Assembly (NCBI GenBank): GCA_963769315.1
Contig: CAVYLG010000005.1
Location: 6,075-70,074 of the forward strand
DNA: 64,000 nt
Direction of reading: 5' to 3'
Source: Candidatus Omnitrophota bacterium
GTDB lineage: Bacteria > Omnitrophota > Gorgyraeia > Zapsychrales > Fredricksoniimonadaceae
A model generated the notes under the pieces. It saw only the letters and a program-made list of their open reading frames with translations. It was not told where the DNA came from and made no database searches. Made by a program: the position numbers and the translations under genes. Of the stretch, positions 29,036 to 38,580 are shown piece after piece (the stretch's first letter is position 1; the number at the start of each line of letters is the position of its first letter).

Positions 29036-30643
29036 TTAAAAAAATCTTCTGTAGTTGCCTACCCTTGAGGAAACAACGCTATATATAACGGGAAAAAATA
29101 AAAAACATGCTGGCTGGTCTTCACAAACTAAAGAATGTATTTTTTGATAGACCTTAACGCGTTGCTTCTCATCCTTGGTGCTGAGCCCCTGTTCAAAAAC
29201 TGGTCCACTCTTTATTTTGATATTCCCATAACCGCCCAAATTCACTAGAAGATGAATACCAACTATATGCAATATCCGATGGATCATAACTACTTCCTAA
29301 AAACATCCTCAACCACATTTGTGGTTTAACCCGCGCCAGATAATCTTTGGTCAATTGGTTTTCATCATCATAAAATACAATTTTTAAACCTATGCCTACT
29401 TCGGATAATTGTTGACGTAAAACAATGGCCATTTGACGGTAATACGAACTATTGCGATTGACCAGCATGGTCAAAACTAATGGCTTCCTCTTTTTTCTTA
29501 AAAAGACCTTCCTCATCTATGTCCATCCAGCCTAACTGATTCAATATATTTTGGCTCTTAAAGGATTATAGGAAGCAGGTTCAACTTCTTTATTAACCCA
29601 AGGCGATTGCGGATAAAAAGGGCCATTGCTTTCCACCCCATCAATACCTGCCTCCCGCATTAAGGCTTTACGATCCACGGCATAATTAAGGCATGGCGTA
29701 ACTCACGATCATTTAAAATAGGATCATGAAGATTATAGATAATCGCAAAATAAAACCCTGTGGGAATTGATACGTTTTAAATGACGGATCTTTACTTAAT
29801 ACTTCATAATCCTTTTGGTTTAAGAATATCAACAAAATCCACTTCTCCTCGCATTAGCGCGGCCCATAAAGACGAATTGTCCTTATAAACCTTGATCACA
29901 ATCTTGTCTAAAAAAGGACGGCCTTCAAAATAAGCATTATTGGCCATCAGCGTTATTTCATTGTGTTACACGATCCCAAGATTGAAACAAAACGAAACGG
30001 TCCTGTTCCTACCGGAAAATAATTATGAATGTTGGCAGACAAATTGGTGATCTTATACAAATGTCTGGGAAAATTTCGCGAGCCAATTTAATAAAGAAAT
30101 CTGGAAAGGCTTTTGAAGCAAAATAATGCAGTATGGTATATCGGTCAATCACTTCCATACGATTTACCAATTCCAGAATCAGTACGCCAAGATGATTGAT
30201 TTAATGGATCACTGGAATAGCTTCAAGAGTAAATTTGACATCCTCTGCGGTACATTCAATCCCATCATGAAAATAAACATGCGGATAAAGATAAAATGTA
30301 TACTCCAATCCGTCTGCAGAAATATCCCAAGATCGGGCAAGGCCAGGCACAATATGACCATGCTGATCAATACGTACTAAGTGAATCAAATATAAGGCTT
30401 AACAACGGAAGCAGAAACACTATGTGAGGTCAAAACAGGATTAATAATTGTCGGCGGATTAACGGTGCCCCATACCAATGTCCCTCCATATCGAGAATCG
30501 TTCTTTTGAGGAGCAGGGTGAATATCTTTAAAATAATGGCTTAGACGATTAAAATACTGAGGAGCTTTATTTGACATAACCACCATGGCAGATATGAGGA
30601 GAATGGTAAATAAAATCCTGGTGATTAAAAACGTAAGGCGCAT
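29036..30643 (-). pseudogene. Family-5 (DppA/OppA-like) solute-binding protein gene fragmented into many frames
   Basis: The signal peptide plus GGTLVWGTVNPPTIINP lie in 30386..30643. VRIDQHGHIVPGLARSWDISADGLEYTFYLYPHVYFHDG lies in 30201..30389. C-terminal pieces lie in 29193..29516 and 29036..29287. The middle part survives only as ORFs shorter than 60 aa. Confidence 0.65.
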
Positions 30644-30730
30644 TTAATTATTTAACTTTTGTAGAATAACAATGTTGTTGGTATTTAAAAATGACCTAAA
30701 GATGGCTTAAACTGACATTTTAATACATTA

Positions 30731-32581
30731 TTAAAATGTCAATGAAAAGCCGCCTTCTATATAACGTCCGGGATAAGGGAAAGAGGGGTCAAGCCAGTAT
30801 TTACTGTTTGTAATATTATGAAGATTAAGGAAAAGTTCCAAATCTGTATTTTTATAAATATTCTTAAAATCCTGGGTCAATTTAATATCAAACATTGGCT
30901 TACGGTCATTAGCTTGTGAAGGCTCTGCCAATGACCGGCTGTAATAACCTTCCAAATTAGCCCCAAAACCAAAACTGGTCTTATAGTGCGTCCCCCATTT
31001 AAACGCTTCCCTGCTAATATTGGGGTCACGTACCAAAGATTTGGTTTGGACATCAATGGGATTATTAAATTCCCCGCTTGTATATACAGACCATGGCGCT
31101 GTTATTTGATAATCAAGCCTCGCCTGCCCGCCCTCTCTCCTAAGTTTATCAACATTAACGTAAGTGCCGGTAAAAGTCGAGGGGTCAAACTCAAATTCTA
31201 ATCCATTTTTCACTTCGCTATAATACCCTTCCAAAGAAGCGGTTAAAGGTTTGATTGGTTTAAAAGAAAACCCCATATCATAACTTAGCGCTCGTTCTGC
31301 TTTTAGATTTGGATTGGGCGCCACAAAAAGAGAAGGGTTACTATTATTTATCCATAAAAGTGGCGGCGCGTTAAAAACGCGGCTTGCCCGTAATCGAAAA
31401 ATGGCATCATCCCAGGGCAAATGATAGACCCCGCCTAAACTCGGGCTTAATTGGTCCCCAAAATGGGTATTATTATCAAAACGCACGCCTGGCTCAATAT
31501 CAAAATCCCCTATTGTCCAGACATCATTGATAAACGGCGATTCCATCGCAATGCTCTCAGACTTACTCAAATAAGTGCCGTATTTAATGATATGCCAATC
31601 AAAATCTGATCCGGTTGTCAGCACATTATCAGCGTTTATTTGATGGTTGCCTACTATGCTTATCCCCTGATACATATCACGGCCGTCACCCGGAGAATAA
31701 TAGGGCTGCATTGCGCCTGAGGTAGAATCAAATGTATTCAATGAAACTGTCTGATCATTGTATTTGTATGTTAACTGCCAATGACTTTCGCCTTTATCCA
31801 GTTGAACATTGGCCTGGCCGTAACGGGTAATATAGGGTTGTTTGAAAATAAGGCCATCCGTCGGACCATAGGTTAGTTGAGACCCGCTATAACCATAAGA
31901 GGCATTGAATTTAACAGAATCGTTAAAAATGTAAGAGACCTTGGTATAATTTTTGGTCTCTTGGGTAAGGCTCTGGGCCAAGTTCCCCCCCGAATGTAAA
32001 AAGCTTCCCATGGATATGAAACCAAAATTTCCAATACCCCCTGAAACATCCAAACTATTTTTCGTTTCTCCATACTGCCCGAATGTTGAGGTTAAAGTAG
32101 CCTGTGGTTTTTGCCCTACCCCCGTCGATTTTGTAATGACATTGATAACGCCCCCCAAGCTGGAACCCCAGGCACTGGAGTCCCCGCCGCGGATGACTTC
32201 AACGCGATCGACATCTGCCAATGGAATTTCACTCAAATTAGCTTGGCCGGATAACTGATTATTAAAAGGAATACCATCAACCATGACCAAAACCTGACGT
32301 GAGGAAGCCCCTCGCATAGAAACAGAACTTGCTTGTCCAAACGGCCCTGAAGGTTCTATGGAAATACCAGGCATATAATTTAATGCTTCAGCCAGATTCT
32401 GGGCAGGCAGATCTTGCAGATCATCTTGAGTATAAACACTCATTGACTGGGCAGTATGGTCCATCGAAAAACCCGACCGGTTGGCAGTGACTACGATAGG
32501 TTCCAAATCAGTACTATATTGTTGGGCAAAAGTTAAGGCTGGCAGGGTTAAAATAAAAATTGATATAAAAAGTAATATCAT
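30731..32581 (-). CDS. TonB-dependent outer-membrane receptor
   Basis: It has a signal peptide, a TonB box/plug (EPIVVTANR, RVEVIRGGDSSAWGS), a long beta-barrel and a terminal aromatic residue (GGFSLTF). Confidence 0.85.
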   Translation of the reverse strand: MILLFISIFILTLPALTFAQQYSTDLEPIVVTANRSGFSMDHTAQSMSVYTQDDLQDLPAQNLAEALNYMPGISIEPSGPFGQASSVSMRGASSRQVLVMVDGIPFNNQLSGQANLSEIPLADVDRVEVIRGGDSSAWGSSLGGVINVITKSTGVGQKPQATLTSTFGQYGETKNSLDVSGGIGNFGFISMGSFLHSGGNLAQSLTQETKNYTKVSYIFNDSVKFNASYGYSGSQLTYGPTDGLIFKQPYITRYGQANVQLDKGESHWQLTYKYNDQTVSLNTFDSTSGAMQPYYSPGDGRDMYQGISIVGNHQINADNVLTTGSDFDWHIIKYGTYLSKSESIAMESPFINDVWTIGDFDIEPGVRFDNNTHFGDQLSPSLGGVYHLPWDDAIFRLRASRVFNAPPLLWINNSNPSLFVAPNPNLKAERALSYDMGFSFKPIKPLTASLEGYYSEVKNGLEFEFDPSTFTGTYVNVDKLRREGGQARLDYQITAPWSVYTSGEFNNPIDVQTKSLVRDPNISREAFKWGTHYKTSFGFGANLEGYYSRSLAEPSQANDRKPMFDIKLTQDFKNIYKNTDLELFLNLHNITNSKYWLDPSFPYPGRYIEGGFSLTF

Positions 32582-32810
32582 AATTTTTTCTAAAGAAATA
32601 GGAAGGGAACCAGTCTAACATCAAAAAATCTTTATGCATACAAGTAATGTTTTCGGCCATTTCTCCTTCCTTTTTTAAACAACCAAGATCCCCTTCTCTA
32701 CTTATCATAATTCTCGTTATAAACCGAATGAAGACGCATCAAGAAATACCTTTCGAAACCTCAATTAATTCGGGTTACGCTGAATAACACAAGATTAAGG
32801 ATTCTTGATT

Positions 32811-33509
32811 TTATTCTATTTTATCACGTTTATTTAAATTGTGCCTTGCACACATTAGCTGAATATTCTCAGCTGTAATGGATGCCCCTCCTTTAGAAAA
32901 TGGGATATCATGATCGAAATGTAGGTTATCATTTGAGCCACAAACCACACACTTACCTTTATCCCGCTTCCAAACAGCCAATTTGACATCGGTGGGAATA
33001 AGACGGTTGTGCTCTAAATCTTTTGGGGGTGCTTCTCCTTTTTTATTATCATTTTCATCGGTAATTTTTAGTCTGAATTTAAAAACCTTCCTTTTGCCTT
33101 CAACCTGTTCCCAAGCATCAACAAGTTTAAAAATTCCAGAATATGTCCAGATACCATCTCGAATCTTTTCATAAACCTTAACAGGTTCTGCTGAGGCCTT
33201 TTTGGTTTTATACGCTTCGGCAGCCTTGAAAAACTTACCATTTTCAGTTAGGCCACCGAATGGTGTAAGCCTAGGTTGATCAATATCCTTTGGATTTTTC
33301 TTTAATCCTTTATATTTAGGAACATCATGTCCCTCATAAATTAAAACCTTCCCATTTTCCTCTACCCTATCTGCATAAGGAGCATTCATTCTCAAACTCA
33401 TTAATATGACGCTCAGCCCACCTTTTAAACGAAAATTCATACCTCGCTGAAGGTTCACTCCTTCATGTTGACACATTGTTAAATATGAAATAATATCTCC
33501 AGGCTTCAC
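32811..33509 (-). CDS. HNH endonuclease with an N-terminal ~170-aa putative (modified-)DNA reader domain; type IV restriction-like
   Basis: The C-terminal HNH motif reads CVVCGSNDNLHFDHDIPFSKGGASITAENIQLMCARHNLNKRDK. The N-terminal domain (GMNFRLKGGLSVILMS...VLIYEGHD) resembles reader domains fused to HNH in modification-dependent nucleases. The start overlaps the upstream stop as ATGA. Confidence 0.75.
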   Translation of the reverse strand: MKPGDIISYLTMCQHEGVNLQRGMNFRLKGGLSVILMSLRMNAPYADRVEENGKVLIYEGHDVPKYKGLKKNPKDIDQPRLTPFGGLTENGKFFKAAEAYKTKKASAEPVKVYEKIRDGIWTYSGIFKLVDAWEQVEGKRKVFKFRLKITDENDNKKGEAPPKDLEHNRLIPTDVKLAVWKRDKGKCVVCGSNDNLHFDHDIPFSKGGASITAENIQLMCARHNLNKRDKIE

Positions 33510-35893
33510 TGAATAACCTTTATAAATTCAGCAACAACCATAAACCCGCCTTCTTCAGAATTAGGGATAACAATGGGCTTATAAGATGGATTTAATGGTA
33601 GAAGACTGATTTCTTCATGAACAAACGTATCGTCTTCGCCTTGGCGCTTTTTACTGGTATATTTCTTAACGGTATACTTGCCTCCAGTATCTGGATCCAT
33701 AATGCTATTATGTTGGACCAAAACGATCTTATTATTGCGGCTTCCTACAACCGGTGTACGGAATAGGCAATAGCTTCCATCGGCAATTAACGGCTCCATT
33801 GATTTACCAATAACCTTTGTGACAAACATGTTACGGTTTAAGCGGCCAACGCCTTCGGCTTTGATCCAGCCTTCTATTTCGGCTGAAGCCCCTTCACCAA
33901 AATTACCGCAGGCGGCGGCTAATGTATAAACCGGTAAATATTCTGTATATTCGAGGTTTTTGGGGATAGATTCATGGATTTTAATAGAGCTTTCATCTTC
34001 CTTGGATATAACATCGGAAAACATAAGCGTTTTATCCTTCAAGGGATCATAGGCCATTCGGGATTGAAAATATTCTTTAGTATCTTTATCCATGAAATAA
34101 ACAAAAACTCCCTTATGAGCACGGGAAAGCAATACCCGATAAACATTTTTTAAATGATTCACCAGGTCTTTGTTATTTCTGGTTACTTGGGTATCGAACG
34201 ATTTATCCGGAACGCTTTCCCAAGTTTGTTTTGACTTGTTCCAAACCAGATCATTACCGAAAATTATGCCTATATAATCAAATTCAAACCCTTGGGCTGT
34301 ATAAACTGTGCCGACTTGCTCCATTCCACAGGGATCAGTCGCCCATTTCCAAAACTCCTTCTTATTTTCCCAGGGCATTTGAAAATCTCCGATCTTCACA
34401 TCATTAACTAAGGTGCCATCAGGATTTGGCTCACTCCAAGCCCAGCAAAAGCCGGCAACCAGCCTTGAAGAATTGAGTCTTAATGCGTTCTTCTCTATGA
34501 TGGCCTTCCTTAAATCTTGGGGAGAATCAAAGATCTTAAATTCCATCTTGGGGTCAAATCTTGCCATATCGATATCCCGTATCTCCAAGACTTTATCAAG
34601 CCACTGAAGAAAGGCATCTGAGCCAGAACAACGAAATTGTGTTTTTAGCTCAAATTCAGCGATATTTGATCCCTCAACACCGATTTTCTTTGCAGTTTCC
34701 TTAATTAGAGCCACACTGCCGATTTCTTTGGGCCTTACAATCTGGTATTCATCCAGGAAAAATATAGATAATTTTGCAGGCCTTATAAGATCCTCGACCT
34801 GAGGATTCTTTGACCTAAATTGATTAGGAACGGCAAAATCATTGCTATTGGCCCTTATCCTATGGGCTTCATCACAGATCAAGACATCAAGTTCATTTTC
34901 TCCAAGTTGGGTAAAATTAAAAAAGAACTTAAATAAATTGGAAGCCCTTCTGCCTACAATCTTTCGCAAGGTATTAGTAAATGCAGATGAGCCTGTGGCA
35001 TGATAAACAACCTTCCCCTGCCTCATAAGTTCACCCATTACCTCTAAAGCAATGACTGATTTGCCGGTACCTGGCCCGCCTTTTACGATAACAATGGACT
35101 TTTGGCCTATCTTTGACAGATGGGTCGCCTTATGCATTATTGCGTTATAGGCCGCTATTTGGTCATCTATTAGATTAAAGATCTGCTGCTTATGGATCAT
35201 CTCCCCCGTATGATCGAGCAACCTTTTGGAAGGCCTGGCCGGACTTACTATAAAGCGGTTAAAAACCTCAAAACCGGGATCGTTCTTTAGTCTTTCTTTT
35301 AAATACTGGCCTAGATCCTGGACGTCTTCTTTACTAAATAAGGGGAATGTTTTAATAATCTTGCTGAATTTGGGCAGACGTAATACATCTATGCCTTGGC
35401 GGGAATAGTTATGGCAATAAGCGCAGGAATTTAATTCTGTCGGAGGGTCATCTTGAAATACTTTAAGAAAATCCAGGAGATCATAATGGTATCCTTGCAC
35501 CTGAAGGCAAGGATGAGGTACTTCCTTCTTCTCTAGAAAATCAATAATTACATTTCCTTCATTTTCGCAATCATGGACATGGTCATTAGACCATTGCTTT
35601 AACTCTATTAATACAACACTATCCCTGTCCCTTAAATCCTTCCCAAATATCAATACATCAATTCTTCTTGTTGAATATGGCAGTTCATATTCGATGATTA
35701 TCTTATTCTCTTGCAGACCGGACAAGGTGAATGAATTATTGAGGACATTTAAGGATTGATTCCAGGCCCTATACTCTGACTCTTGCGGGGTCCTGTGATA
35801 ATGCTTTGAATAGGCAAATTTGAGCTTATCCGCTATACGGTTTTGGAGGACATCGTTGTTAAAGGCGGCTATGGTGTCATCATATAGCTTCAT
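33506..35893 (-). CDS. DUF2075 nuclease/P-loop NTPase fused to a LexA/UmuD-type S24 peptidase domain (copy 2)
   Basis: The PD-(D/E)xK-like core reads IIIEYELP..RRIDVLIF..VVLIELKQW. Walker A is VKGGPGTGKS and Walker B is VLICDEAHR. SF1-like motifs are VYTAQGFEFDYIGIIF and VYRVLLSRAHKG. The S24 domain has LPVYTLAAACGNFGEG, GKSMEPLIADGSYCLF and GGKYTVKKY. Confidence 0.85.
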   Translation of the reverse strand: MKLYDDTIAAFNNDVLQNRIADKLKFAYSKHYHRTPQESEYRAWNQSLNVLNNSFTLSGLQENKIIIEYELPYSTRRIDVLIFGKDLRDRDSVVLIELKQWSNDHVHDCENEGNVIIDFLEKKEVPHPCLQVQGYHYDLLDFLKVFQDDPPTELNSCAYCHNYSRQGIDVLRLPKFSKIIKTFPLFSKEDVQDLGQYLKERLKNDPGFEVFNRFIVSPARPSKRLLDHTGEMIHKQQIFNLIDDQIAAYNAIMHKATHLSKIGQKSIVIVKGGPGTGKSVIALEVMGELMRQGKVVYHATGSSAFTNTLRKIVGRRASNLFKFFFNFTQLGENELDVLICDEAHRIRANSNDFAVPNQFRSKNPQVEDLIRPAKLSIFFLDEYQIVRPKEIGSVALIKETAKKIGVEGSNIAEFELKTQFRCSGSDAFLQWLDKVLEIRDIDMARFDPKMEFKIFDSPQDLRKAIIEKNALRLNSSRLVAGFCWAWSEPNPDGTLVNDVKIGDFQMPWENKKEFWKWATDPCGMEQVGTVYTAQGFEFDYIGIIFGNDLVWNKSKQTWESVPDKSFDTQVTRNNKDLVNHLKNVYRVLLSRAHKGVFVYFMDKDTKEYFQSRMAYDPLKDKTLMFSDVISKEDESSIKIHESIPKNLEYTEYLPVYTLAAACGNFGEGASAEIEGWIKAEGVGRLNRNMFVTKVIGKSMEPLIADGSYCLFRTPVVGSRNNKIVLVQHNSIMDPDTGGKYTVKKYTSKKRQGEDDTFVHEEISLLPLNPSYKPIVIPNSEEGGFMVVAEFIKVIQ

Positions 35894-35991
35894 TGGGGGG
35901 TTTCTCTATAAGGGCTCAGGATGACAATAACTGATATTAGGTAAGATTACTGCTTTTAAAGCTTTACGGCAAGCTTTTTAATACAGAGAGA

Positions 35992-36900
35992 CTACGCAGG
36001 CAGCCAGGAAAGCAGCCATTGCTTTTCATGATGAGATAATGAAGAGTCCTTGACGCTATGCGGGGATGGCCAGCAGATAAAATTACAGCCTAAATTGCGG
36101 CCTAAAAGATAGGCATTATATAAATACTCGTAAGTCCATCTGACCCATTGATGGGTTTTGTAGAATTCTGACACCCTTTCCTTCCGGCCTGCTTGAGCTA
36201 AAGCTTCATTCATAATGTTGACGTTATCGTCCATGGGATTTAAGACTTCAGAGAAGACTTCAACGGGTTCAAGGGGTGCTATTTCCTGTAGAACTTCTTC
36301 TGCAACCTTCAAGGAATGAAAAGGCATTACCGGTGCTATGGCCACATAGACCGGAATGCCCCTTTGAGCAGCTTGGGCAAGCATTTTAAGCCTTCTGGAA
36401 GGTGCCGAGGCTTTGGGTTCCAAAATCCTTGCTAATTTATCATCCAAATACGGTAAAGAAGTCCCCAGCAGTACTTGATCCGGATATCGTTCTAAAATGT
36501 CAAAATCACGTTCTACTAAAGCTGATCGCGTCTGTATTCGGATAGTATGGCCGGCTTCCAAAACAAGCTGTAATATTTGCCGGGTTATTTTAAGCTTGGC
36601 TTCAATAGGACTATAACAATCTGTTAAAAAACTTAAAAGAACCATTCCCCTACCCCACTTGGTAGCATTTCTATGAGGATCAAAAGTTTTAAGTTCAGCC
36701 TCCAGGCGGGTAATGAGATTTTCTTTAGGAAAAATATATTTCCCCCAATCCCGTTGGCTATGGCCATTATTAATGAATTTGACACCGGGCATGGCCGGGC
36801 AATAGCAGTGTTTGCAGCCGTGTTCACAGCCGATATAGGGATTAATCACCCAGTCGCCGAGTTTCTTTTTCCAGAGTTTGGATTCTGAAATGATGGCCAT
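35992..36900 (-). CDS. Radical SAM protein of the SplB/COG1533 (DNA-photolyase-like) type
   Basis: INPYIGCEHGCKHCYC (CxxxCxxC). Collinear COG1533-like motifs follow: LSFLTDCYSPIE, IRIQTRSALVERDFDIL, ILEPKASAPSRRLKML and GIPVYVAIAPVMP. Confidence 0.7.
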   Translation of the reverse strand: MAIISESKLWKKKLGDWVINPYIGCEHGCKHCYCPAMPGVKFINNGHSQRDWGKYIFPKENLITRLEAELKTFDPHRNATKWGRGMVLLSFLTDCYSPIEAKLKITRQILQLVLEAGHTIRIQTRSALVERDFDILERYPDQVLLGTSLPYLDDKLARILEPKASAPSRRLKMLAQAAQRGIPVYVAIAPVMPFHSLKVAEEVLQEIAPLEPVEVFSEVLNPMDDNVNIMNEALAQAGRKERVSEFYKTHQWVRWTYEYLYNAYLLGRNLGCNFICWPSPHSVKDSSLSHHEKQWLLSWLPA

Positions 36901-36909
36901 ATTGTTATT

Positions 36910-37725
36910 CTAAAACAACTCCCATTGACCTTGTTCATCTTTTTTAGATATTTTCTGCCAATAATCAAGCCCTCTAGGATGCTTGGAAGCAAATAATAAA
37001 AAATACATTGGGGCGTTCTTGGTGTTCTTGACAGGTATATCGCGATGCTCGACAGTCCCATAGTCAAGGTCTCGAATACGCGACTTATATATTTCAACAA
37101 TATCTTTCGCTTCTTTCCCATCCAATTTAGATATATCAAAATCAGTCCCTAAAAATCGCGCTAGTTTAGAACTTTTTCCTTGACCGCGATATATCTCCAA
37201 ATTTCTTTTGAGATCCATTCCATGCTGAATATTAATCAATAAATCAACACCATTAGAAACCTTAGATAATGCTTTAATAGTCTCAAAATGAATATCAATA
37301 TCCGTCGGATCAATAAATACCAGATTTAAATTACCTGAAGGTATTTGACGAATGACCTCATTAATACATTCATTTGAATCATTTTGAATATGTATAATTG
37401 ATGCGCTTTTAGGAGAATTAATGCATCGCTTTTTTAATGCTTCCATCAAGACAGGAGTTTCTTCAACGAAAATATATTTACTAAAATCATGCTGAAGAGC
37501 AATTAACGGAGACCCATCTTCTTCAAGTCCTGTTTTTTCGATTAAACACCGTCCTGGCCCTGCAAAAAGGTCTACGAAGGTCAGCCGCCCGGGCCATTTC
37601 TTTCCCATACCGGTGGTAAAGATTTTAGCGTATTCTCTGAGATAATAATGTTTTCTTTTGATCCAGATACCACTTGGACGGACAGCTAATCCATCAATTT
37701 TTGAAAGGACTATTTCTTTAGGCAT
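36910..37725 (-). CDS. tcmP: Three-Cys-motif partner protein (TcmP-like) with an MTase-like DLFAGPG motif
   Basis: GIWIKRKHYYLREYAKIF...LTFVDLFAGPGR matches my recollection of the TcmP family N-terminus. It ends 9 nt before the CxxxCxxC protein gene. Confidence 0.55.
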   Translation of the reverse strand: MPKEIVLSKIDGLAVRPSGIWIKRKHYYLREYAKIFTTGMGKKWPGRLTFVDLFAGPGRCLIEKTGLEEDGSPLIALQHDFSKYIFVEETPVLMEALKKRCINSPKSASIIHIQNDSNECINEVIRQIPSGNLNLVFIDPTDIDIHFETIKALSKVSNGVDLLINIQHGMDLKRNLEIYRGQGKSSKLARFLGTDFDISKLDGKEAKDIVEIYKSRIRDLDYGTVEHRDIPVKNTKNAPMYFLLFASKHPRGLDYWQKISKKDEQGQWELF

Positions 37726-37817
37726 GAGCTCCCCCTTGTTTGAAAAGTGAATGCAATTGCGCCTTGGGGGAAAGGCATTTTTATATAATATCCTTGAGGG
37801 AAGGATGTTTAAAAGAA

Positions 37818-38264
37818 TTATACTTTAAACGCAGAAATGGTCAATCGTGATTTTTTATGGTCATCAGCATATTGTATGGCTAATTTTTTAGATTCTTCTA
37901 TGTTATTTCCTTTAGCAACCAGATAACCATACATGCCTAAAACAGTTGAATCTTTTTTGATAAAGAAATTATAACTATTTACTTTAAATGGCTGAGTATC
38001 CTTTTTTAACGTTATTGTACCGCCAACATCAGGATATGAATAAATAGCTACTCTGCTTGCAGTATCATAAATTTCTTTTAACTCTTCAATATCTATATCT
38101 TGATACCCCTGTTTATGAAGCTCATTGACAATTTGATTTAAAGATACTGCTATTATTTTAGGATTAAACCATTTTTGTCTATAATCATCTTGTGCTTTTT
38201 TAATTAAATTATTAGTTAATCTCCAGCCTTGCCTACTCAAAATGCTTTTTTCTTGTTTTGTCAT
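37818..38264 (-). CDS. Hypothetical protein (148 aa)
   Basis: Intact ORF 92 nt upstream of the TcmP-like gene. No motif recognised. Confidence 0.45.
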   Translation of the reverse strand: MTKQEKSILSRQGWRLTNNLIKKAQDDYRQKWFNPKIIAVSLNQIVNELHKQGYQDIDIEELKEIYDTASRVAIYSYPDVGGTITLKKDTQPFKVNSYNFFIKKDSTVLGMYGYLVAKGNNIEESKKLAIQYADDHKKSRLTISAFKV

Positions 38265-38465
38265 AAAAATCCCCCAAATTTATTTATAAGGGATCTTTGA
38301 TCAAATCAAATAAAAAGTCAAATAAATTATTCAGTGTTCTGGATTCCCCCTAAAGGGGGCCTATCGGCCGCTTTCGCGGGAATGACAAGCGAAACCCCCT
38401 TCGCGCCAGAGAAAAACCACCGTTGGATTCGACTCAAGGGTTGGCAGAAAAAACACTTAACTTAT

Positions 38466-38580
38466 CTCACCCCCACCTAACCTCCCCCTTCAAGGGGGAG
38501 GAATTAATATTTTTCCCCATCAAGGGGGAGGAATATAATGGTAAGAGATTGCTTCGTCGCTTCGCTCCTCGCAATGACAC
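38466..38580. repeat. Intergenic repeat mosaic (families D and A)
   Basis: ctcacccccacctaacctcccccttcaagggggaggaat (38466-38503) recurs at 44528-44566. ttccccatcaagggggaggaat lies at 38513-38534. gagattgcttcgtcgcttcgctcctcgcaatgacac lies at 38545-38580. Confidence 0.8.

Noticed and set aside
32582-32810. Possible cobalamin (or other) riboswitch in the 230-nt leader of the TonB-dependent receptor gene.
   Set aside because: I read the minus strand and found no B12 box (GCCACTG-like) or the conserved GGGAA..GGTG core in a convincing arrangement. Part of the region is a family E repeat copy. An Infernal scan is needed to settle it.
38388-38456. tRNA-like T-arm sequence (gttggattcgactcaagggttgg), also present at 42081-42115.
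   Set aside because: No acceptor or anticodon arms can be drawn. The segment is part of a ~70-nt dispersed repeat present twice in the window.
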